64,000 bases of DNA. It comes from Candidatus Omnitrophota bacterium. Lineage in GTDB: Bacteria; Omnitrophota; Gorgyraeia; JAFGIU01. The notes below the pieces were generated by a model that worked only from the letters and a program-made list of their open reading frames with translations, was not told the DNA's origin and made no database searches. The stretch is taken from contig JAFGIU010000055.1 in assembly GCA_016929445.1 (NCBI GenBank), positions 4,629 to 68,628 on the forward strand, given 5' to 3'. The position numbers and the translations under genes were made by a program. How positions within the stretch are numbered: position 1 is the stretch's first letter; each line of letters starts with the position of its first letter. This document shows positions 28,876 to 37,227 of this stretch, piece after piece.

Positions 28876-30329
28876 TAAGGCCTCCCAATTCCCATTTCAC
28901 ACAAACTCATCTGTTGTATCAACTCCTCGGCAGCCTTTTCCGCATGCCCCACGCAATCCGGCACACCTCCGCCCCGGTAGGCGCTGCCTGTCAAAACCAA
29001 TCCAGGGTGCAAAGCCGCAAGCTTCTCGATGCGGTCCACCCGCTCCAAATGTCCCACGTGGTACTGAGGCATGGATCCGGGCCAACGCGCCACGCGCGTC
29101 ATTAAGGGTTGGGCTTTGAGACCCAGAATCTCCTTGAGCTCGGCACAGACGAGGCTCACCATCTCCTTGTCATCGAGATCACAGATCCCTTCGTCCCCGG
29201 CGCCCCCGAGATAGGCCCTCAGCAGTGCTTGGCCTGCGGGAGCGCGGCCCTCAAACTTTATACTGGAAAAACTCACTCCCACCAGGCGCTTTCCTTCCAC
29301 ACGCGGGATGACAAACCCGAAGCCATCCAAGGGATGGGCGATATCGTTTCGATCGAAAACCAGGTTAACGGTCGCCACCGAAGCGTACGGAATACCTTCG
29401 AGTTCCGCGGAAAGCGCGGTATCCAGCGGGGCGAGGAGTTCAGCCGCGCGCACGGAAGGCACGGCCAGGCAAACGGCATCCGCTTCGAACTCCTCTCCGG
29501 TATCCGTTGCCGCAATCCAGCGCTCTTGGGTGTTCCGGCGCAAGGACTGCACGCGCGTCCCGGTTCTGAAATCCGCGCTCGGAAGGCGCTGCACCAGAGT
29601 CTTGACCAAAAGATCCAAACCGTTTCTGAGAGAGACAAACATGCTGTAACGCGGGCCGCTCGCTTCCTTTGTCTGATCCTGCTGGGCCTTACCCCTGGCT
29701 GCAAGGGCGCGGATCAAACTGCCGTGCTCCTGTTCCATTTGCTCCAAGTGCGGGAAGGTCGCGCGCAGGCTCAGTTTTTCCGGATCCGCGGAATAGATGC
29801 CCGCAATCATGGGTTGGGCAATGCGCTTGAGCGCTCCAGAGCCTAAACGCCGGCGCACAAAAGAGGCCACGCTCTCGTCCTTATGCTTTTGGCGCTTGGA
29901 GCGGCGCGGGATAAAGAGATCGCAACCCATACGCAGTTTGCTAAGCCAGCCGACAAAGGGCAAACGAATGAGCGTCTTTATTTCCGTGGGGGCTAACAGA
30001 TAGAAACCTTTGGGCACAGGCTGGAGACGGCCCCGGTTCAGAATAAAGCTGCGCTGGTTCTCAGGATTAGTTTGCAGAAGCTCCCCGCGCAGACTCAGAC
30101 GCCGGCACAATTCCAGGGCCTGGGGTTTGATCGAAATAAAAGAATCCGGCCCGGCCTCCATGAGCAGACCCTTTTCCCGAAAGCTTTGGATTACCCCGCC
30201 GAGCTGACCGCGCTCCTCCAAAAGAGTAATCTTGAGTGGAAGCCCGGATTGCCGGCTCAGTTCATCCAGGCGATGGGCAAAGGCCAGCCCCGAAATCCCA
30301 CCCCCGATGATTAAGATATGTGTACTCAT
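28875..30329 (-). CDS. hemY: Protoporphyrinogen/coproporphyrinogen III oxidase (HemY/CgoX, FAD amine-oxidase family)
   Basis: It has ILIIGGGISGLAFA, DESVASFVRRRLG, PMIAGIYSADPEKLS and MPQYHVGHLERV. Its stop overlaps the sir start. Confidence 0.85.
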   Translation of the reverse strand: MSTHILIIGGGISGLAFAHRLDELSRQSGLPLKITLLEERGQLGGVIQSFREKGLLMEAGPDSFISIKPQALELCRRLSLRGELLQTNPENQRSFILNRGRLQPVPKGFYLLAPTEIKTLIRLPFVGWLSKLRMGCDLFIPRRSKRQKHKDESVASFVRRRLGSGALKRIAQPMIAGIYSADPEKLSLRATFPHLEQMEQEHGSLIRALAARGKAQQDQTKEASGPRYSMFVSLRNGLDLLVKTLVQRLPSADFRTGTRVQSLRRNTQERWIAATDTGEEFEADAVCLAVPSVRAAELLAPLDTALSAELEGIPYASVATVNLVFDRNDIAHPLDGFGFVIPRVEGKRLVGVSFSSIKFEGRAPAGQALLRAYLGGAGDEGICDLDDKEMVSLVCAELKEILGLKAQPLMTRVARWPGSMPQYHVGHLERVDRIEKLAALHPGLVLTGSAYRGGGVPDCVGHAEKAAEELIQQMSLCEMGIGRP

Positions 30330-30338
30330 AATTCATCC

Positions 30339-30382
30339 CGGTGCCAGGCACCGGTGCCTGGCACCAGTGCCTGACACCGTGT
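30339..30382. repeat. Family-1 tandem palindromic 13-mer array upstream of hemY-sir
   Basis: cGGTGCCAGGCACCGGTGCCTGGCACCAGTGCCTGACACCG. Confidence 0.7.
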
Positions 30383-30464
30383 TTAGAGTTTTCTGATGAA
30401 GATCATAGTTCACGTAAACTCGTTAGTTTAACACCTTCACGCCATCTGTCCACCGAAACTGGAG

Positions 30465-31583
30465 TCAGATCCCTGCCGCAGGGAGGTAATTGCAGGAGGG
30501 GTCCTCGGCCAAAGGATCTCCCTTCAGGGCATAGGCCCGAGCGCGGGAACCGCCGCACAGAGAGCGGTACTCACAAACGCCACAACGGCCTTTCAGAAGG
30601 TCAGGGTCTCTCAACTGCTTAAACAATGGTGAGTTACGATAGATCTCCGCGAGACCCGTTTCCCGGATATGGCCCGCACTCAGGGGCAAAAAGCCGCTGG
30701 GGAACACTTCCCCCTCGCTGGAGATAAATAGATGCCCTTTGCCGGCATTGACTGCGCTCGGAGCCCTTCCCATAGAACCCCCGGGACCCAGGGCACGCCG
30801 CAACTCCGCCGGCAGGTCCACGCCTTCGCGCACAACCTGGGCAGGGTCCAGGCCCGCTTCCTTCAGCTTGCGCGCTGTGGTGTAGCGATGGAAATGCGGG
30901 GCTTCGGTGATCTTCACGATAAACGGCGCACGCGCGGCCAGCTCATAAAGACCCGCAAAGACCGCTTCAACTTCATCGGCTGTCAAATCCTCTTGCTCTG
31001 TTCCTCGTCCCACCTGCACCAAAAAAAAGACCTCCCAAAAGACAATGCCCAGACCCTCCACCATTTCCATTAAGGAATCCAGATACATCCCATTGCAGCG
31101 ACTGAGAACACTGTTGATTTGTAGAGGCAGGCCACACTCACGCGCCCACTGCGCAGCCTGAAGTGTTATTGCAAAAGTCCCCGGAACCTGGCGGAATCCG
31201 TCGTGTGCTTCCGCTGTAGGAGCGTCCAGGCTCAGGGCCATCTGATCCAACCCCGCTTCCTTGAGCGCAAAAACTTTTTCGCGCGTAAGGGATTCCGTGG
31301 CCGCAGGAATCGTTCCCACACGCAGACCCAGGTCCTTTCCCAAACGAATCAAGTCCAAGAGATCCGAGCGCTTCATGGGATCGCCGCCGCTGAACACCAA
31401 AACCGGCGTCCCCATCTCAGCCACTTGGCGCACCAGGTTCCGGCCTTCTTTCACACTGAGCTCACCCGGCAAGGGATCGGGCTGGGCCTCAGCCCGGCAA
31501 TGTACACAGGCTAAGTCGCAGGCTTGGGTGGTTTCCCAGATCGCGATAAACGGTGTTTCGTTGTAATCCAGGGGCTTATGCAT
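30465..31583 (-). CDS. Radical SAM/SPASM-domain protein, AhbD/NirJ-like (putative heme synthase of the coproporphyrin/alternative heme pathway)
   Basis: 372 aa. It has CDLACVHC (CxxxCxxC) near the N-terminus and a C-terminal SPASM-like Cys cluster (CGVCEYRSLCGG...C). The N-terminus has the form PFIAIWETTQAC, as in AhbD/NirJ. It is adjacent to hemY. Confidence 0.6.
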   Translation of the reverse strand: MHKPLDYNETPFIAIWETTQACDLACVHCRAEAQPDPLPGELSVKEGRNLVRQVAEMGTPVLVFSGGDPMKRSDLLDLIRLGKDLGLRVGTIPAATESLTREKVFALKEAGLDQMALSLDAPTAEAHDGFRQVPGTFAITLQAAQWARECGLPLQINSVLSRCNGMYLDSLMEMVEGLGIVFWEVFFLVQVGRGTEQEDLTADEVEAVFAGLYELAARAPFIVKITEAPHFHRYTTARKLKEAGLDPAQVVREGVDLPAELRRALGPGGSMGRAPSAVNAGKGHLFISSEGEVFPSGFLPLSAGHIRETGLAEIYRNSPLFKQLRDPDLLKGRCGVCEYRSLCGGSRARAYALKGDPLAEDPSCNYLPAAGI

Positions 31584-31596
31584 TTTGCTCGGCCTT

Positions 31597-31651
31597 GGGG
31601 ACGGACCTCACGCAACTCGTTGGGACCCAACGGCTCAGCGAGAACCGTCCC
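31597..31651. repeat. Family-2 hairpin repeat (GGGGACGGACCTC ... GCGAGAACCGTCCC)
   Basis: Inverted arms with a 28-nt loop, lying between the rSAM fragment and the AhbD-like gene. Confidence 0.65.
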
Positions 31652-31657
31652 TGGTTT

Positions 31658-32221
31658 CTAGCTAAAGTATCGGAAGCGATTAAAATCATACAGAGAGACC
31701 TTTGCCCTAAGGGGCTGGCGCAACTCCATTCGGAAAGTCTCCACCGCGGACTTCACCGCTTCGCTACGGCTCTTCAGCACATCCGGGGATAAATACACAA
31801 TGTCCCGCTCTTCCAAAGGCAGGGTCCTCAACAAAGCCACGGTGTCAGTCCGGTGCTCCGCACTAAACTCCCCGGGTTCCATGCCCACCAAGACAGTCAG
31901 CGCACACTGAAACCCCGCCTCTTTCAGACCATACACTGCATCAACAAAGCGCTTAAGCTTTGCATCCTTGCCCCAGAATTTGCGTAATGGAGCATGCTTT
32001 GTTTCAAGTCCCAGCGTCACACAGGACAAACCTGCTTCGAACAGACGGCGATAATCCTTAACGCGCCGGTCCGGCGCATGCTCCGGCTCATAAAATGTTG
32101 CGATGCCGCGCGGCCACGGCCCAAAGATCTCGTGCACCTGGCCAAGCACTTCCAGTAAGCGCGTTTGAGGAATCGAGAAAGCACTGGCTGATCCCAAAAA
32201 CACACCGTTTCTTGCCGGCAA
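31658..32221 (-). pseudogene. Radical SAM enzyme C-terminal half only (truncated; the N-terminal CxxxCxxC region is absent)
   Basis: 187 aa that resembles the distal half of an rSAM TIM barrel (GLSCVTLGLETKH..., TVLVGMEPGEF). There is no Cys triad in any frame between it and the ccsA stop at 32323. Confidence 0.4.
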
Positions 32222-32322
32222 TCCCTTGCCCCAAATGCGCCTTCACCGGCTCTGGAAGTGTCACCATACGATAGTCTCCCGCCTCAAGCGCCGCTCGTCC
32301 CGGTGTGGCAGTCTGCACAGCG

Positions 32323-34066
32323 CTATTCACTCACACCCAAAATGCGGAATTTCCGCAAGCCAAGGCCGATAATCACGAGCTGGCTCAACACAAAAAGTAC
32401 AAGCCAGACAAAGGCCCGGTTCATGAAGCCATAGGAGTGAAGCCCCACGCCCAGCATATTGACACCAAACCACGAAAAGCTGGTGATCACATTGCCGAAA
32501 ACGCACATGACCATCAAGCCCTGCTCGCGAATAAACCGTCCCTTGAGGGCATGCAAAATAATCGCATTCCACAAGACAATGAGCAGCGCCCCGTTCTCCT
32601 TGGGATCCCAGCCCCAGAAACGGCCCCAAGACTGGTCCGCCCAGATTCCTCCCAGCACCGTTCCCACAAAGCTGAACAGGAGGCCGAAACACACGACCCC
32701 AAAGACCATTCGGAAGAGCTCGGCTTTGAGTGCCGGGGGGAAGTTACGAGTAAACACTCCTTTCAAAATGTAGAAGATAGCCAGGGCTCCGGCGAGCAAA
32801 GTCGCGCTATAACCCATGGTAACCGTCACCACATGGGTAGACAGCCAAAAATTGGAATCCAAAACCGCCTGCATCATCTCCAAAGTATCGCCTTGCAGGG
32901 AGAGATGATGAGCAATAATTAATGTAACAAAACCAATGGCCGAACAAACCAGATTCCCGATCCGGTTTCTGAAGAACCCCTCCAGTCCAATTCCCAATAA
33001 AATGGAAGCCCATCCCACGAATACCGCAGAGGAGTAAAGATTCGTCACCGGAGGCCGTCCTTGAAGAACCATTCTTGAAATCAAACCCACTGTATGCACG
33101 CTGAAGGCCAGAAGCAATAGGTAATAACTCGTGCGGGAAAGCGTTTGGGGCCACAACAACCAAGACAGAATCACCAGCAAAAAGCAAATCACGTACAGAA
33201 CCAGGCTCTGGTAAAACGGTTGGAAACGGTTGAATACCACTTCGTAGCCTGCACGCCTGCTAATCCGTTCGGAGCGCCGGCTGTGGAAGTGATCCAACTC
33301 TTCGATCGCCCGGTTAAACTCACCCGCGTCTCCGGCTGCAAACGCGTCAAAAGCCTTGGCGTACAGAAGGAGGACCGGATGGAACTCCCCTGTTTCCACA
33401 GATGCATCCAGTCCTGCGCCTAAAGACAGCCATCCATGGGGATCCTCGCCCTGCATTGGCGGCAAGACAGACATGTAAGACATGCGATCAACAAACTTCA
33501 TCTCCATCCGCTCCACCTCAACATATTGATTCAGAGACTCTTCGATACTTTGATCCGGGCTCTTGAGAAAAAACGTGTGGCGAAGGCGGGAATACAGATT
33601 GAGACGGCCGTCCAGTTGGACAATAGAACGCTGATACGCAGACCATATCTTCTGGTCATATTGCCGGGCACGCCCGGCTTGATAAGCAATCTGGTCTATG
33701 AAGGGCTTGAAATCGTTGTATGAGAAGTACTTTCTCTTAAAGTCCTGGACACCCAGCAGTACTTTGACATCAGGATTATGGAGCCGGAACACGGGGTCTG
33801 AATCTGCCTCCGGCCCCCGGGACGCAACCCGCAGCAGCCACTCCGCAGCACTCATTCTTGTGCCCTCATTGCGAAAGAACTGCTTTCCCCGAATCAAAAT
33901 CAATGCGTTTCTGGCCACGGAATCCATAGGCTTGATACGGCCATTGTGCAAAACCGGCAATCTGCCGAAGCCCTGAATATCAAATTCACTCCGGCTCCCC
34001 GGCTTGAGGGCGGCTGCAAGATAAAGCGCGAATAAAACAACAATCGCGGTTGGGAGAAATCTCTTC
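32323..34066 (-). CDS. ccsA: Cytochrome c biogenesis protein CcsA/ResC (System II heme-handling) with a long N-terminal periplasmic extension
   Basis: It has the WWD domain (WGRFWGWDPKENGAL) and conserved His residues. I propose a TTG start overlapping the ccsB stop (cTTTGAag), giving MKRFLPTAIVVLFALYLAAAL. The ATG-ORF nominally extends to 34164. Confidence 0.8.
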
Positions 34067-35213
34067 AAAGCGGCCTCCTCTTGGCAAAGCCCGCCAAAAC
34101 TTGCATGAAATGGACCGAGAGACCCAGGGAAATCAAGAGACATGCGATATAGGGAAAAAGCCAACCGGGATTTTCCACCACCTGCAGGATCGACAAAGTG
34201 TTGTTCTTGCCGTAGCTGGACTGATAGTAAGTCTTGCCCCTGTATCGCAACGGATTGTTCATATAGATAAGCACTTCGCGCTCTTCGCCTTGAGAGGGGT
34301 CCTCCAAAAGGACTAGGCTCGAGAAATTCTTCGGAATGGAGGTGCCTGGGTAAGAATCATGGCTAAAATCCTTGAGGGTAAGTGTATATTCATTGTAATA
34401 GCGTTTTGGCCGGAGATAAATCTGATAGTCTGAACCGGCATAGCTCAACTGTTGAGGCGATCCCAATAGCCGCGAAACCAACCAAGTGCCCAGGGATTTT
34501 CCCCCGGCGATAAACTCAACGAAAGCGGTTTCATTGTTGTCTGCATCATCGCTTTGAAACGGCGGCACGGGTTGCACCTGAATTTGCGTCCCGATCCCCC
34601 GGTTCACCTCAGGAAGATTTCCAAACCTGTTCGCAGGGCTCTCTCCCATGGCCAATTTGGCGTTGGGAAGAAAGGCCCTAATATGCACCTCAAAGGGCAG
34701 CAAATCCTGCGTGATTCGCCCTTGTTTTCTGAGAATGTGATAAGGGATACTCACCACCCGGTCCAAACCGGGCGCGGAAGTATTGATCACAGCCAGCTCC
34801 ACATAATGAAAACTCTCGGAGTATTGCTTGGTCTGCCCCTCCTCGATCGACATATAGCTCTCAGTGGCCATAAAGGTGCTCACCCCTCCGCCCACCATCA
34901 AGACCAGGAGGCCCGAATGAGTCAACCATAATCCCAAATACTTCAGCCGCAGCGGATACCGTGTATAGAGGACAGTAATGAGATTGACGGATAGGAGTGC
35001 TGTGAGCAGCCCGCCTCCGGGCAAAACCGGAATCTTGAGATGATGAACCGGCAGGTAAACAAAAAGGCTTTCGAAGTACTTCTTCTGCGCAGCGAAAATT
35101 CCCAAATTAACCTGATCCAGGGTCCCGATAAAAACTAAGGCCATCAACAGACACAAGCAGACCAGGGTCAAGGACAAGGATGAAAAGAATTTGATGAAAA
35201 GCTTCATCATCAT
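34065..35213 (-). CDS. ccsB: Cytochrome c biogenesis protein CcsB/ResB
   Basis: 382 aa with an N-terminal TM segment, a periplasmic domain and the conserved C-terminal NPLRYRGKTYYQSSY block. Confidence 0.8.
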   Translation of the reverse strand: MMMKLFIKFFSSLSLTLVCLCLLMALVFIGTLDQVNLGIFAAQKKYFESLFVYLPVHHLKIPVLPGGGLLTALLSVNLITVLYTRYPLRLKYLGLWLTHSGLLVLMVGGGVSTFMATESYMSIEEGQTKQYSESFHYVELAVINTSAPGLDRVVSIPYHILRKQGRITQDLLPFEVHIRAFLPNAKLAMGESPANRFGNLPEVNRGIGTQIQVQPVPPFQSDDADNNETAFVEFIAGGKSLGTWLVSRLLGSPQQLSYAGSDYQIYLRPKRYYNEYTLTLKDFSHDSYPGTSIPKNFSSLVLLEDPSQGEEREVLIYMNNPLRYRGKTYYQSSYGKNNTLSILQVVENPGWLFPYIACLLISLGLSVHFMQVLAGFAKRRPL

Positions 35214-35821
35214 TCAAATCCGAAGCTTTGCAAGAAGGCCTTCAGACTCTCCTTTTCAGACAAAACGAGTTCCGCTTCACCACTCAACTTGAAGAAATAC
35301 TGTTGTCCCTGGTGGGGAACTATGGCCACAAAGATAGCTTGCTTTTGCCTGTCAACGGCCGGGGCTGCTTCGCTCACCACTTCCACCAAAGTGGCGCTAT
35401 GTCCCCGAAATTCAAAGGCTTGTATCTGATCCCGCAACCCAGACTCATCCACCGGATCCAAGCCGATTTGCCCGCGCCACCGGTTCACGTTAGCCAAGAG
35501 ACCGCCGGCCTCACCTGCCAACACAATAACTGACACATCGGCCTCCGCGCCTCCTGTCCCGGCAATCCTAAAACTAGCCAAGCGCATACCGGAAGCCGGA
35601 AGTTCCTGCCAGCGGTCCGGGGTCTCCCACCGGGGACGCGCAGAGGGAGGGAAAATGCCCGCGGCAGCCTGCACCGGCGGCATTGCGCTTTCCTCTTTGG
35701 GGATCGCATAGGCCTCCACAGCAACATGCGGGCGATTCAAGTAAAGACCAAAGATAGCGCCCGCCAAGAGAATCAAAATCAGAAGCAAACCAAGATCAGG
35801 ACGTTTCATGATAGAAATCAA
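35210..35821 (-). CDS. Hypothetical membrane-anchored periplasmic protein, first gene of the ccsBA operon
   Basis: 203 aa with an N-terminal TM helix (LGLLLILILLAGAIFGLYL). It overlaps ccsB by ATGA. It has no Cys and no recognisable motif. Confidence 0.45.
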   Translation of the reverse strand: MISIMKRPDLGLLLILILLAGAIFGLYLNRPHVAVEAYAIPKEESAMPPVQAAAGIFPPSARPRWETPDRWQELPASGMRLASFRIAGTGGAEADVSVIVLAGEAGGLLANVNRWRGQIGLDPVDESGLRDQIQAFEFRGHSATLVEVVSEAAPAVDRQKQAIFVAIVPHQGQQYFFKLSGEAELVLSEKESLKAFLQSFGFE

Positions 35822-35857
35822 CTGTAGGGAAGAATTTTGCGTTTGGCAAGAACCGGC

Positions 35858-37147
35858 TCAGACGAGTTCGCGGCCGAACTGGGCCGCAAAGACCTTGCGC
35901 ATGAGCTTGAGTTTGAGTTCACCCAACCAAAAGCGGTTGGGATTATCCTGAAGCCACCGGCACTCCTCCGGCAACATCACCAAAGACACATGGATATTAG
36001 GAGCCACACCAATGGGATATCCCTTTTCCATGCACGCTGAATAGACGCGGCTGAAAATGGGGATCATGTCTTCAGTTTCAGGAGGAGGGACCTTCTCATA
36101 AGAGGTTCCTTTGAGAGGACGGAACACACAGACGGTAGGGATGGCGCCGACCTGGGTAATCCAATTGACGGCCTTGATGGAGTCTTCCACAGGTTCGAGA
36201 CCGGCGATGATTTCACCGTTCGTGACCCAGGGTTCAAAACCGCGTCCCGTGGGCTTTACCTGCTGGGCGCAATACTCCACGGCTTCCAAGTAGCGATCGA
36301 GCCCGTAAACCCGGGCCTTGCCCGGGCACACTTCCTCGAATTTCTCCCGGTTCATGAGTTCAAAACAAAAGGACACGCGATTCACCCCAATACGCCGGAG
36401 CTCCTGATAGCGTTTGAGGTCATGGTGCGGAGGTGTTTGAATGCCGATGAGCACCCCTGTTTCCTCCTTCACCCTCTTGATATAGGGCTCGAGGATGTCC
36501 AGATACGTGTCGCCCTCGTAGTGCCCGGTGTTGAAATCCACATAGGTAATTCCGGATTCCTTGCGGGCCGTCTTAACGACTTCCACGACTTCGTCCACGG
36601 ACTTCTCGTCAGAGTCATCCTGTCCCAAATTAAGACCCACGGAACAGAACTTGCATTCCTGCTTGGGATTTGTAAGCCAGTGTTCGCAGACCTTTGCAGG
36701 ATAAATCCCCAGATAGGTGCCTTGCAGAGAACCTATGCTGGACATCGGCTTTCCGGTAGCCGTCTTTTGGGAATACCAGCTCGGGCCGGGCGCCAAGCGA
36801 ATAGGCGCAATGGGGCCGATTTCGTCATGGTGAATCATAAATTCACCTTCATCAAAACGGAGGAAATAGGGAGATTGCCTGGTGAAGTCTTCGCTGACCG
36901 GGATATTGGTCCAGAGACCGTGAGGAAGAATCGCTTCCAGGCCCGAGCCCAGGCCCGCGCGCATACGCAAAATCTTACGCCCGCCCTGGTCTTCTATCAG
37001 ACTCGGGTCGTCCAGGCGCATTCCTTTACAGTAAAGATCGAGCTTGAGCAGCCCCGGATTGGTGCGGACATCGTAGTTCATAATGGAAAGTATACCAGAA
37101 AACCAAAATGTCATCGCAAGCACAGTGAAGTGATCTGTACGGAACAA
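35858..37147 (-). CDS. Radical-SAM-like TIM-barrel protein with non-canonical Cys spacing (C-x10-C-x2-C)
   Basis: 429 aa. It has CEHWLTNPKQECKFC followed by a glycine-rich stretch and an rSAM-like beta/alpha core. No canonical CxxxCxxC is present. Confidence 0.45.
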   Translation of the reverse strand: MFRTDHFTVLAMTFWFSGILSIMNYDVRTNPGLLKLDLYCKGMRLDDPSLIEDQGGRKILRMRAGLGSGLEAILPHGLWTNIPVSEDFTRQSPYFLRFDEGEFMIHHDEIGPIAPIRLAPGPSWYSQKTATGKPMSSIGSLQGTYLGIYPAKVCEHWLTNPKQECKFCSVGLNLGQDDSDEKSVDEVVEVVKTARKESGITYVDFNTGHYEGDTYLDILEPYIKRVKEETGVLIGIQTPPHHDLKRYQELRRIGVNRVSFCFELMNREKFEEVCPGKARVYGLDRYLEAVEYCAQQVKPTGRGFEPWVTNGEIIAGLEPVEDSIKAVNWITQVGAIPTVCVFRPLKGTSYEKVPPPETEDMIPIFSRVYSACMEKGYPIGVAPNIHVSLVMLPEECRWLQDNPNRFWLGELKLKLMRKVFAAQFGRELV

Positions 37148-37186
37148 AGATCCCTTCGCTACGCTCGGGATGACATCATAACTTCA

Positions 37187-37217
37187 GGGGACACATCTCA
37201 CGCGGAGATGTGTCCCC
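37187..37217. repeat. Family-3 variant hairpin (GGGGACACATCTC-5 nt-GAGATGTGTCCCC) 3' of nrdJ
   Basis: 13-bp perfect stem. It has no U-tract on either strand. Confidence 0.6.
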
Positions 37218-37227
37218 TGGCGCAAAA

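Noticed and set aside
37187-37217. Classical rho-independent terminator for nrdJ.
   Set aside because: The 13-bp GC stem is present but there is no U-tract on either strand. I treated it as a Family-3 repeat hairpin instead.
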